From Octopus bimaculoides (taxonomy: Eukaryota), in assembly GCF_001194135.2 (NCBI RefSeq), contig NC_068981.1, positions 97,578,061 through 97,642,060 of the forward strand: a DNA stretch of 64,000 nucleotides. The letters run 5' to 3'. The notes beneath the pieces are model-generated. The model saw only the letters and a program-made list of their open reading frames with translations, searched no databases and was not told the origin of the DNA. The position numbers and the translations under genes were made by a program. Shown in pieces: positions 12,461-24,898 of this stretch; within the stretch, counting starts at the first letter, position 1, and every line of letters begins with the position of its first letter.

Positions 12461-13283
12461 CTGAAAATAGGTGGGTAAAGTAAAGAAGAGAATGCATGGT
12501 CAATTTCATAGGGATGTTGAAGATAAGATAGACAGAAAAAAGATGGCTGTGGATGACTAAAAATGATTTAAAACTGGAAACGGAGGCTCTAATCTGTGCT
12601 GCCCAAGAGCAAGCACTAAGAACAAACTACATAAAATACAGAATAGACAACACATCAGAAAGTGATAAGTGCAGAATCTGTGGACAAAACGTTACCAGCC
12701 AATGTACACCACTAGCCCAGAAGGAAAATAAGAGATGCCATGACAATATAGCCAGGCTTGTCCATTGGACACTTTGCAACAAGTATGGACTTGGCAGAGC
12801 AAAAAATTGGTACGACCGCAAATCTGAATACATCGTCGAAAATGGAAATGCAAAGATCCTATGATTCAGTGCGACCATGAGATAGAGAATATGAAGCCGG
12901 ACATAGTCTTAATTGAGAAAGAAAACAAACTATGCTGGATCATAGATATAGTATGCCCAGCTGACAACAAAGTATGTGATAAGGAAGAAAGAAAAGTCAA
13001 GAGATATGACAGGCTAGCTTGGGAGATTAAGCAGTTGTGGTCGATGAGAATGGTAGCAGTAGTACCAATAATTGTCGGAGCCCTGGGTACAGTGAGCAAA
13101 AATCTCGAGAAGTACGTGGAAGAAATAGAGGCTGCAATAAAGGTGGAGCACTTGCAGAAAACAGCACTGCTTGGAACCGCTCGAATACTCCGGAAGGTGC
13201 TCGAAGAATAAGAGGTGTTACATTAGTTCACTGGTAGTGAGCAGCTGGAACTATAGTACATCTCCAGCGTTAGAAGCTGTGCA
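12461..13283 (+). mobile_element. 5'-truncated R4/Dong-clade non-LTR retrotransposon (zinc knuckle plus restriction-like endonuclease), pseudogenised
   Basis: ETEALICAAQEQALRT, CRICG (CCHC knuckle partly deleted), KRCHDNIA, KPDIVL..IIDIVCP..EERKVKRY (PD-D/ExK RLE), IVGALG, LQKTALLGTARILRKVL then stop at 13211. One frameshift near 12860. (AAT/AAC)n on both sides. Confidence 0.9.
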
Positions 13284-13298
13284 AAAAAAACAACAACA

Positions 13299-13359
<61 letters not shown>

Positions 13360-13362
13360 TTC

Positions 13363-13723
13363 GAGTGATTATTCGAGTAAAGAATTGGCAAAAAAATACA
13401 TCAAAAATAAACGGGAGAAAAGGGAAAGAAAGAAAATAAAAATTAAGAACGAGGTCATAGAAATGCATGTCCTCATGTATATACGTGCTGGTGAGTGTGT
13501 GAGTTGAATAGATGTGCCTGTGCTTTCAAAATATTTCCTACCTAATATTCAAATAATAGTCATAATTATTTTTTCTTAATCATAGTAAACTTTTGAGGAT
13601 GTGGTGTTTGTTTGAAGTGAAAAATCACATCTATTCCCGTTCTTTTAAGGCTTTTTAATAGTCTTTTATCAAATAGTGTACTTTGAAACTTTTTCTTTTG
13701 ATTTTCAGATGTAGTCGACTAAT
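13363..13723 (+). repeat. Local direct duplication, copy 1 (partner 18906-19225)
   Basis: About 90% or more identical by eye; copy 2 lacks about 37 bp. Confidence 0.9.
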
Positions 13724-13833
13724 ATATGGTACCCTAGGCATAACACCTACATGAACTTCTAACTTGTCTCTTGAGGTCTCTGGGTGAGACTTGGATCCAA
13801 CTTGTACAAATGTAAAACAAAAGTCAAACATAA
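13724..13833 (+). mobile_element. Short probable LINE 3' UTR end with (AAT)n tail
   Basis: Starts exactly where the 13363/18906 duplicates diverge and ends in (AAT)n at 13834-13866. Resembles, from memory, an Octopus Dong-like 3' UTR. Confidence 0.45.
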
Positions 13834-13869
<36 letters not shown>

Positions 13870-13989
13870 GACGAAGTGCCAAGGAGTGGATCTCATGGCT
13901 TTTGATCTTAAATGATTGGAAGTGTTACATTTACATTGCTTTGTTTTGGTATGAAAGATGGTATACAACAAATATTCTACTCAGTACCG

Positions 13990-14410
13990 TAGATTTGCTT
14001 GTAAGTTGCTTGGCCTTAACCAGTTGAGCATGTCCCTTAGATATGTGCATTTCTGATCAGGAGCAGAAGTAGTGGGGGAGCATCTTGGCCATGTGCTGAG
14101 AGGAATTCTTTGGGGTTTGAATAATTCACCTCTGGAAATATGGGGTTTTTGTTCATCATCCTTAAAACAAACCTTATTTAGTGACCTTTTGAGTGGGACG
14201 GGCTACTTAACGTGAAGAAAATTCTAACTGGACCCCACTTGCAAGGTCATGCGCTGTTTATCTTGATATAAGATCACTATGTCGCGCGCATATAGTTGTG
14301 ATGCATGTGCCTGGTGTACCCTTATCAGCCGGGTAGTCACGATGGGTATATTGGGCTTCGTATATTTGTATACCAATGTTACTTTGATGGCATGCGCTGC
14401 TCTCTAACTC
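13990..14410 (+). mobile_element. Interspersed repeat family D (SINE-like) with (AAT)n tail
   Basis: The internal segment GAGCAGAAGTAGTGGGGGAGCATC...GAATTCTTTGGGGTT recurs inverted at about 48775-48850. Tail at 14411-14469. Confidence 0.55.
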
Positions 14411-14469
<59 letters not shown>

Positions 14470-14714
14470 GTCAGAGAAATCGGAATTGACATGAAAGCAG
14501 AGCAAACCCCAAAAGCAAGCCCAGCAGAGGCTGGGGACAGCTAGGACTTTGAGATTGGTACTTGGATGTTGAATGTCTCCTACGATAATTAACAACCATT
14601 TATCAAAGCTTATAATATGCGGAGAGACCCTGTGAGACATTTGACAGCAGGTTGCTGTCTGCTCTCACAGAACCTACCAGAGCAAACAAGACCGAGCGCT
14701 CCGAGGATTAAAAC
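14470..14714 (+). mobile_element. 3' end of a further R4/Dong-type subfamily
   Basis: QKQAQQRLGTARTLRLVLGC then stop, matching the LQK...LGTARILRKVL terminus, followed by a different 3' UTR. (AAT)n on both sides. Confidence 0.6.
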
Positions 14715-14729
14715 AATAATAATAATAAT

Positions 14730-15919
14730 TGTTTCTACAATACGCATAAAGCCTGAAATTTTGTGGGGTGAGCTTAATTAATACATCAATCCCGGCGTTC
14801 AATTGGTACATATTTTCGACCTGGGCAACATTTGAACTCAGAATGTAAAGCCAGAATAAATGTCACGAAGCATTTTGTCCTGCGCAGTAACAATTCTGCT
14901 AGTTCGCCACCTTGATAATAAGAATAATGCTAAAAGTAATATTTTCTAATATTGACCATAAAAAATACAAACGTTGGGGACAGAAGAAGAACGAAAAACA
15001 CAGCACAGTATGTAGTTTAAATTGAGTTAAAAGAAGGCAAAAATCAACGAAAACAATAGATAACAAAAAATCTCAAGAAAAAGTTTCTCAATATGGAGGA
15101 AACCATCTGGAATAATTCGGAGTAAAAATCCTACATGAAGTCCCGGTTTACTCTACCGTATCAAAGACCTCAAAAGTAGCTTCTCCGAGTTTCTGACCTC
15201 CTGGTGATAATTGTATAATTAGTGAAAGCCAATTTCTTCACTTTGACTCAATTTTCATAAAACACTTTTGAGGGTACTGTTTCCCTCTCCTTACTCTTCA
15301 AGTAGCATTTGGAGAAGTCGGTACTTGAAAGAGTAATTGGCCAGGTAAGAGAGGATCTGCCCCCGAACCTTTTAAACTGCATCCAGCACACAACATCCAA
15401 TGTCGTAGCCACAAAGCATTGCCTAGTAGATGATCTAACGATTCTGCCAGCTCCTTATAAGCAATAGTAATAATAATCCTTTCTACTAAAGGCACCAAGG
15501 CCTGGAATTTTTGAGGGGAGGGGATCAGTCAATCACATCAACCCCAGTGTTCAACTGATACTTATTTTATCAACTCTGAAAGGATGAAAGGCAAAGTCAA
15601 CCTCGGTGGAATTTGAAATTAGAACGTGAAGACAAACAAAATGCTGCTAAGCATTTCGCCCAGTGTACTAACGACTCTGCCGGCTCACCGCCTTAATAAA
15701 CAACAACAACAACAACAATGATAATAATAATAATAATCCTTTCTACTAAAAGCACAGGGCCAGAATTTTTTTTTGCGGGGGACTAGTCGATTACATAGAC
15801 CTCGAAAGTACATAAGGCAAAGTCGACCGTGACGGAATTTGAACTCAGAACGTAGCGGCAGACGAAATACCGCTAAGCATTTCACCCGGCGTACTAACGA
15901 TTCTGCCAGCTCGCCGCCT

Positions 15920-15920
<1 letters not shown>
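14730..15920 (-). mobile_element. Head-to-tail cluster of SINE family B copies (about 14730-14912, 15402-15457, 15470-15695, 15735-15920)
   Basis: Each matches the reverse complement of the family B consensus. Three of the four are bounded by AAT-rich tracts. Confidence 0.8.
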
Positions 15921-15984
<64 letters not shown>

Positions 15985-16715
15985 NNNNNNNNNNNNNNNN
16001 NNNNNNNNNNNNNNNNNNNNNNNNNNNNNNNNNNNNNNNNNNNNNNNNNNNNNNNNNNNNNNNNNNNNNNNNNNNNNNNNNNNNNNNNNNNNNNNNNNNN
16101 NNNNNNNNNNNNNNNNNNNNNNNNNNNNNNNNNNNNNNNNNNNNNNNNNNNNNNNNNNNNNNNNNNNNNNNNNNNNNNNNNNNNNNNNNNNNNNNNNNNN
16201 NNNNNNNNNNNNNNNNNNNNNNNNNNNNNNNNNNNNNNNNNNNNNNNNNNNNNNNNNNNNNNNNNNNNNNNNNNNNNNNNNNNNNNNNNNNNNNNNNNNN
16301 NNNNNNNNNNNNNNNNNNNNNNNNNNNNNNNNNNNNNNNNNNNNNNNNNNNNNNNNNNNNNNNNNNNNNNNNNNNNNNNNNNNNNNNNNNNNNNNNNNNN
16401 NNNNNNNNNNNNNNNNNNNNNNNNNNNNNNNNNNNNNNNNNNNNNNNNNNNNNNNNNNNNNNNNNNNNNNNNNNNNNNNNNNNNNNNNNNNNNNNNNNNN
16501 NNNNNNNNNNNNNNNNNNNNNNNNNNNNNNNNNNNNNNNNNNNNNNNNNNNNNNNNNNNNNNNNNNNNNNNNNNNNNNNNNNNNNNNNNNNNNNNNNNNN
16601 NNNNNNNNNNNNNNNNNNNNNNNNNNNNNNNNNNNNNNNNNNNNNNNNNNNNNNNNNNNNNNNNNNNNNNNNNNNNNNNNNNNNNNNNNNNNNNNNNNNN
16701 NNNNNNNNNNNNNNN

Positions 16716-17008
16716 ATAGAGATAACTCGAATGTGGAATCTAAAAACAGAAACAATTCCTATCATAGTAGGGGCCTTAGGTATAATAAAAAAAATATTCA
16801 GACAAATACATAACAAAAACACCAGGACTTACAAATATATATAACATACAGAAAATTGCACTACTGGGTACTGCACACATTCTACGCAAAACACTTTCAA
16901 TACAGTAAACATAAGAGCACTACAGCAAACCACAGCACATACCCAAGGCGCACAGAGCTGCACTCGGTAGTGAAGTGAAAGCACGTTATAAAAATAACAC
17001 TACTGAAC
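16716..17008 (+). mobile_element. 3' end of an R4/Dong-type LINE (third subfamily)
   Basis: IEITRMWNLKTETIPIIVG/LGII..YSDKYITKTPGLTNIYNIQKIALLGTAHILRKTLSIQ, stop at 16908. (AAT)n follows, and (AAT)n also precedes the upstream gap. Confidence 0.85.
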
Positions 17009-17026
17009 AATAATAATAATAATAAT

Positions 17027-17080
<54 letters not shown>

Positions 17081-17081
17081 T

Positions 17082-17325
17082 TCGGTACAAGGCCAGAAAT
17101 TTTGGGGAAGGCGTAAGTCGATTACATCACCCTCAGTATTCAACTGGTTCTTATTTTATCGACCCCAGTATACTAGCGATTCTGCCCGCTCGCGGCCTTA
17201 ATTAAACCCGTAATAATAGTTTCTGGGAATGCGTGGGTAGTTATAGGCGGCCACTCAATGGCTGATGAAATCTTCGGCTTTGCAGATCTTATTTTTTTGC
17301 CCATCAACTGTATTAATACGAGTTA
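17082..17325 (-). repeat. Internally deleted SINE B plus flank, diverged duplicate of 10980-11222
   Basis: Same SINE deletion junction and an alignable 120-bp non-SINE flank with a 9-bp indel. Confidence 0.7.
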
Positions 17326-17862
17326 CTTACGACCATCCAGTGTATTTAATTAAGATTAAACTGTTAGTCGATATCTATAGACCTATTGTGTAGTATATTG
17401 TGGCAAACCACATTATAATACATTATGAGCGAATCGCATTTATATACCAGATTTATATGAACGGGAGTAAACGAAATATTGCAGCACCTATGTCATTCTT
17501 AAGTGAGAGAAAGGCAGATCAACACAACCAGCGGTAGTAGCGACGACAACAGTAATAAATAGAAGGGCACCACCACCAACAACATCATCTCGATCACCAC
17601 GATCACCACCACCGCCACCATCACCACCATCACCACCACTAACAACAACAACAACAACAGCAACGACAACACAAATTGATACCAGTTAATCATGGAAGTT
17701 TGCAATGTACATAGAAGAAATAAAGAGAAAGAGAGAATTTCCCTGTTGGCTGTCTCTATAAGCATAGATTTGCTGATATCAGCATAAATAATAGTTTCTC
17801 ATTCTCAAGTTGTGAAAGGAAATTCTGTAATCTAATCTAATTTTTTTTTCAATCATTTATAC

Positions 17863-17898
<36 letters not shown>

Positions 17899-18905
17899 TA
17901 ACCACAATTTCTTTTCTGCTTTGTCTCTCAGCCAATTCCTCACGTGCCACCCGATGAAGAATCTATGCAGTAATCCTTCCTGCCAGAAATAACATCAAAA
18001 ACTCTTTCAGATTATACCACCGTCTTTAAAAGCATAAAGGGCGCATAGGCAAATGTAATTCTGGATATATTCAAAGAAAGGATGGTCGTCGCTGACACGC
18101 CCATCGGTCTGCTCAACTAGGGGTTAAGCAAAACAACCAGCTCCTAAGGGAAGAACGCATTTAATAATTTAGTTATATCGCACTATATCTCAAAAGAAGC
18201 TCAGACGACTTTGGTCAGGGACCTGCATGATCAGAAGCTAACCCATGGTTAAGAAGAACAACAAGAACCAATTCTCCCGTGACTAGATAACATAATGCTA
18301 TTAGTTGGTGTATTACACATCGTTGTCGGAAAAAATCTCTTACACCATTGAATAACGCGACCAAATATTTTATGACTACTCATTTTTGTTGAAGTTTTGC
18401 TATAAAAAAAGCAGTCGGTCACGAGGGAGGTAAGATGGAGCGATCGAGACGAACAGGGAGAATAAAGCGAGAGTGTTTAAACACTACTGAAAAATCCTGC
18501 CTCACCGAGGTAGGAAAATATACGCCAAGAGCTCTACTAAGATAACTTGAAATAGCGACGAACAATTTATGCGGAAACTTCACACACAAGACCTCAACGT
18601 GCAGCAGAAATTCACCGCACTCAATACAAATATGTTGAGTATTGTATGTGTATAGAAAGTCATACGAAAACAAGATTTTCCAAAGTTTTCTGTCTTGGGG
18701 ATATTCAGCATACCAGATCCGTTATTTGTTACTTTTCCTGCCAAATATTTTAGAAAAATAAACCATTTCCGTTTACGTTGTGCTCATAAATCTGAAATGG
18801 TAAAAATTGAATTATTTTCATATAACAGTACAATGAAGTCTCAAAAATTAAAGAGAAAGGTAAGATAAATCAAAAATAGATAAAAAAAAAAAAAACAGAA
18901 GAAAA

Positions 18906-19225
18906 GAGTGATTATTCGAGTAAAGAATTGGCAAAAAAATACATAAAAAATAAACGGGAGAAAAGAGAAAGAAAATAAGAATTAAGAACGAGGTAATAGA
19001 AACGCATGTCCTCATGTATATACGTGCTGGTGAGTGTGTGAGTTGAATAGATGTGCCTGTAGTCATAATTATTTTTTCTTAATCATAGTAGACTTTTGAG
19101 GATGTGGTGTTTGTTTGAAGTGAAAAATCACATTTATTCCCGTTCTGTTAAGGCTTTTAATAGTCTTTTATCAAATAGTGTACTTTGAAAGTTTTTCTTT
19201 TGATTTTCAGATGTAGTCGACTAAT
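18906..19225 (+). repeat. Local direct duplication, copy 2 (partner 13363-13723)
   Basis: Direct alignment by eye. Confidence 0.9.
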
Positions 19226-20198
19226 TTTTTTAGCGTTTTCATATCGATATGTCAAAAACAGGAAGTATAGTCTTAGAATTTTTAATTAGACTTCCCTTCC
19301 GTAATGCCAATGTATCACTGAAGTGCTACATATAAGTTAGGTTTTTATGGAATTAAGCTTCATTTCATAAATGATGTCATCTGCGTTACAATACATATAT
19401 TATAGCAATGCGTTAGTGTTTCTGCCTGAGTATATGACTTTATTTCCAGAGTGTGTGTGATCTTATACATGTTATTGGTTTAATTGTAACTTTAAGATTA
19501 TGTCTACGAAATAGTCTTGAATAATTATGGTTGGTTGGGAAGTGTTCCTCTATGAAAGCTAGAAATACTTTTGCGATTCAAAATTTATCACGAAATGAAG
19601 TAGAGTATGCTAACCATGTGATATTGCAGCACGTTTTCTAAGTCTTTATTTTACTGTATGAGTGGAGGGGCGCGACAGGAGGTAAGTAAATGATGCCTTG
19701 ACTAAGCTTGGACGAGTTCCATGTCTAGAAGAGGTGTTGATGGCAACCAGGTCATTTTCAGGTAGAAAGGCGACAAGAGTGGACGAGATCCTAATAAGAG
19801 AATGGGGGAGAAACGGAGAAGTAAACTCAAGAGGTGTCTCCACCAGTTAATGTTGGGATCATGAGCAGCTGGTGATGTTTCCATATTCATAAAGAGTAAA
19901 AGAAAAGAATATAGGAACATATCGAGAGATGTCTCTATTTGCTATTGTTGAAATTGGCTGAGTGAGAAAATCTCCACAGTTTTAATATCCGGGCGCGTTC
20001 TCCTAGACTTTTTTCCACCAAAGGATATCAACAACTCAGCAGGGATTTACAAGAAGAATATTTGGGAAGAATATTTGCTCACAAATAAATGGCTGTGCCT
20101 ATCTGCTATTTAACGAGCCTATATATTTTTTTTATCGCATTGGTTGTACCGGCCGACATGCTACCAGTAACACTCAAGAGTGATTCGACTTGTGTACA

Positions 20199-20243
<45 letters not shown>

Positions 20244-20572
20244 AGAACCCGGAGATTGCTTGGAGATACCATGCGTGATATAAAAACCTGCCTAGAAAAC
20301 ACCTCCAATGTAGGAAACGGTTCGTAACTCATAGCTATATACTGTGTACATTAAACAATATTTATCTCTCACCGGATGGATAACTTTTTCGTTGATCTTA
20401 CCTTATCGGAAAAGTAAACTATATTTGTATATGTATGTGTGAGTGTGTGTGTGTATATANNNNNNNNNNNNNNNNNNNNNNNNNNNNNNNNNNNNNNNNN
20501 NNNNNNNNNNNNNNNNNNNNNNNNNNNNNNNNNNNNNNNNNNNNNNNNNNNNNNNNNNNNNNNNNNNNNNNN

Positions 20573-20641
<69 letters not shown>

Positions 20642-20859
20642 GTATGCAACAGAAACGGTATTATATATTAAAATAGCCTTCTGCGTATGATACATAATGC
20701 AAATACATCACGGAAACCAAATTAATAGCTGCATTCGTCCAGAGATAATATCTCTTATAGACTTACTACATCTAAAAGCACAAAAATGTCAGTAGTAGAC
20801 TAAAATCGTCAAGCAGTACCGATGAGAATGCTTGAAGTGCATCTTAGCCTCTTCGGCCT

Positions 20860-21100
20860 TTGTCAGCAGCATATATTCATTGGCAACCGCGTGGTGTGAC
20901 AAAACCCGTCGCTACTGATATACGAAAACAAAGATTGAAAAGGCTGGGACATGTCGATCATAGATGAAATCAATGAAGGTTGACTTGAGGATAAAAGGTG
21001 ACCATAACAACGACTCACTGCTGAAAAGTTGTCCGTTGAGACTTGCGCTGAAAACGAGACGAAGGGCATAGAACAGGCTGTTCTGAGAGCGGTGCTCTGT
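20860..21100 (+). mobile_element. Degenerate RTE-clade LINE 3' fragment
   Basis: IHWQ..., TDIRKQRLKRLGHVDH (cf. IRxRRLxWxGHVxR of RTE C-termini). Confidence 0.5.
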
Positions 21101-21301
21101 CATGGATTTATGTGACGGTTAAAACAAATTACCGAAGTAAAGAATTAAAGAATATAGACATATGACATTTAATACGCGTCTTGGTCATAAAAAAAATTCT
21201 TTGCTCGCGTAGTAATACTTAAGTTCTGAACCATTCCGACATATTTACCTGAGTGTCCGTGCCCAAGCTTTTAAAAATGTAGCATCCTGTGCATTAGCAT
21301 G

Positions 21302-21335
<34 letters not shown>

Positions 21336-21729
21336 NNNNNNNNNNNNNNNNNNNNNNNNNNNNNNNNNNNNNNNNNNNNNNNNNNNNNNNNNNNNNNNNN
21401 NNNNNNNNNNNNNNNNNNNNNNNNNNNNNNNNNNNNNNNNNNNNNNNNNNNNNNNNNNNNNNNNNNNNNNNNNNNNNNNNNNNNNNNNNNNNNNNNNNNN
21501 NNNNNNNNNNNNNNNNNNNNNNNNNNNNNNNNNNNNNNNNNNNNNNNNNNNNNNNNNNNNNNNNNNNNNNNNNNNNNNNNNNNNNNNNNNNNNNNNNNNN
21601 NNNNNNNNNNNNNNNNNNNNNNNNNNNNNNNNNNNNNNNNNNNNNNNNNNNNNNNNNNNNNNNNNNNNNNNNNNNNNNNNNNNNNNNNNNNNNNNNNNNN
21701 NNNNNNNNNNNNNNNNNNNNNNNNNNNNN

Positions 21730-21764
<35 letters not shown>

Positions 21765-22443
21765 TGTATATGTATTATGAATGTATGTGTAGTTACTGAC
21801 TAAACCGGCACCCCCACCAAGCTAGCCTGGTAAGGAGGGTTGCAAGAAACCCAGCAGGTCTAAAAACAAAACCTGTTTAAAGGCCGGATGGACCTAGTGC
21901 GGGTTCAACGACTATCTAGCAATACCACGGGCATGCAGAAATTCCGAGATGCTGTCTGGCGTGCAGGAAGACCACTGGGAGTGAGGCACCCTTTGGCTCT
22001 TGTTGAAGCATGTCTCTTGTAGAATGCTACTCTGATATAAAACCAGATATGCAGGGAATGTCATTGGGCATTTTGGGAATCTTTTGCTTATGCTTGAGAT
22101 CATGGCGCTCCACATCCCTGAACCTGCAAACTCCTACTGGCACCAGACATCTTGCCACGGCTTGTCTATGGATAATGTAAATAGAGTGGAGAAGGTCTAT
22201 GAGGTGTCGTGCGAGCCTCATTGCACCTAAAAATTCTGCACAGGCATTGCTGACTTTTTCCTTTACATGTGTATTGCTTCTTTTTTTTTTTAGATATATG
22301 TTTATATATATATTTTAAGGTAGTCTTTGAGCACACAGTGTTCCTAAAGGTCAGTAAGGGTTTTTTTATACATGTATATACATGTATATCTTTATGCATT
22401 TATATGTATGCATGTATACGTATGTACAAACATACATACAAAG

Positions 22444-22482
<39 letters not shown>

Positions 22483-22739
22483 AACACACATGCGCGCGCG
22501 CACTCACTGTTATATATATGAATATGTATTATATGGATATATTATGTATGTATTCCATCAGTAATCTAGCGATATGGAGAATGCGTACATTGGTGAATGC
22601 GGTTTATATATAAAGTCGTTAAAGGTGTGAAAAGATAATTCAATGGTATATGTATATATTTATGTGTGTGTGTGTGTATGTGTGTATGTACGTGTATATG
22701 TACCTATATATATCTATATACACATACATATATGTATGA

Positions 22740-22786
<47 letters not shown>

Positions 22787-23499
22787 GATATATATACACA
22801 CATCTACACACGTGCACACACAAACGCACACACATGTGTATACATGCACATACACATTTACAGAGAAAAAGATGCAGGCAGGCTTGTGCGTACATCTATG
22901 TGTATTTGTTTCTGCTCGTGTGAATGTATATACATTAGTGTAAATGTGTACCTATTGCGCATGTATGCACGCACGCTTGTATGAGCATACATGTATAATT
23001 ATTTTTTGCATTTTTGTGATCTTGTTTTTCGATTTTCTTTAGCCGCTTCTATCGCAAATTCCAGTTATTTATTTCGTATATCACTTCATCTAATTGTGTT
23101 TTTCACCTCACACCTTTGCTTCAATCTATTTTGTTATATATTGTTTTCTTTTCCAGGTTTTCTTTCTTCGAACATAAAAGAGGTACCAACCAACCAAGAA
23201 AGGCAGTTAAACAAGATAGCTAGCTAGCTCAATAGCTACTAGATAGCTGAAGCAAAAGTGACACGAAGAATCATTAAGGCTATCAAGACGGCGCGATGAA
23301 ATGTATGGTGGGTGTTGTCGGAGGATTTTAAGCCTGTCGTTTGTCATTCGCTCGCCATTATCGTCTGCTTTCAGTCAATTCGTAAAGCATCCTCTCGTTC
23401 GTTCACTTAGGCGCGCACAAACACATAGACATAGACGAACAAACTCATATATACACACATGGATACACTCACTCACATACGCTACATACTTACACATGT

Positions 23500-23553
<54 letters not shown>

Positions 23554-23859
23554 TATATAATATATATACCTACATATATATATATACATACATACACATA
23601 TATATATATACATATTTATATATACATATATACATACATCTATATAAGGGGATGTAAATGTATATAGACATATAAGTAAACATGTGCACGTCTGTGTGTT
23701 TACTCATACGTCTATATACCCGTTTGTCTACATGTATGTATATATGCATATATATGTGTGTGTGTGTATGTGTGTATACTCATATACACGAACATACACA
23801 TGTGAGTTTGTGTGTGTGCGCATTATTGCATGTATATGTTCACATTTGTATGTACATGC

Positions 23860-23900
<41 letters not shown>

Positions 23901-24163
23901 TGCTGCACGTTTTTGCATGTCTATATGTGTGGGTGTCAAAAGGATTTCAATGCGAAGTACTAGACTAATGAAAAAGATAAGGTAAGAAAGGGGATGATTA
24001 AATGAGAAACTGGCTCCCTGCCCCGGTACACCCCACCCCTCGCTGCATTTAATTACTGCCACTCACAGAGAAATGCTGGCGTAGCAAAGACCTTTTTTGA
24101 GATGGTGACAACGATGATCACGACGATGATGATGATTAGGATCATTAGGATGATAATGGTGAT

Positions 24164-24164
<1 letters not shown>

Positions 24165-24218
<54 letters not shown>
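24165..24218. repeat. (TAG)n microsatellite
   Basis: About 18 units seen directly. Confidence 0.95.
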
Positions 24219-24415
24219 GGGCAACAGCAGTAGCAGCAGAAGAAGAAGAAGAAACATGAACTAGAGACCCATTTCAGTGAATTTAGAGGTAATTTCTTAC
24301 AAACAACAACACAACTTTTTATACAAACAATCTCGTGACACACCTAAATTGGACACGTCTGTGAACACGGTTATTCCACGCTTGATTGAACTTTAAACAA
24401 TAACACAATTCCTAT

Positions 24416-24621
24416 GCAGGATAGGTTTTGCTGGTCACTGGTAACATGACCATTCAGCTATTATTCATTGGTGTTATTGGCAGAAACACACACTTCGAAA
24501 TTGAAGACTTACCGAAGCTAATGAAAGGCAGAGCTTTCTGGTGCGGTATGGTGGAATGCATCCTGGTTGCAACCGCCAGAAGAAGACTTTTTATCAAAGT
24601 AACACAATATAAAGCTAAACA
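24416..24621 (+). mobile_element. RTE-derived short retroposon insertion with 9-bp TSD
   Basis: Flanked by AATTCCTAT at 24407-24415 and 24622-24630. About 96-97% identical to 27294-27498. Encodes FAGHW and GVIGRNT..EDLPKLMKGRAFWCGMV, like RTE C-termini. Confidence 0.75.
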
Positions 24622-24860
24622 AATTCCTATATCAAACTCTGCAAAATCATCCAGCAATGACCAACAGCCTACAAATATACCTCGATCTTCGTTTTCTGTC
24701 TCCCCACCTACATATCTAAGCCCAAAGAAACCCAAACGTTGCTCTGTCTGATGAGGCTAGCAGGCCGAGTTTGAAATCGCTGTCGCTTTTCTTCTTGCAA
24801 AAGTTTAAGAAACATGTACTCCAGTAAAAAGAGTTGTTTTCATATACGACTTGTTTTAAG

Positions 24861-24898
<38 letters not shown>

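Noticed and set aside
19640-19925. Minus-strand segment faintly like LINE RT (PHSLIRISS..)
   Set aside because: No diagnostic motif (QGS, YADD) recovered; too weak to call.
24533-24582. Stem-loop with apparently compensatory changes between copies (GCGGT/ACCGC versus GCGGC/GCCGC) followed by a T-run, suggesting a Pol III ncRNA or miRNA
   Set aside because: The middle copy breaks the pair, the inner stem is poor, and the sequence is better explained as the RTE C-terminal coding region (DRxxWRxxV).
24428-24751. 107-aa ORF with mostly synonymous differences to the 27306 copy
   Set aside because: Only six substitutions are available. The third copy has two in-frame stops and a neutral-looking pattern, and the frame is the RTE remnant, not a host gene.
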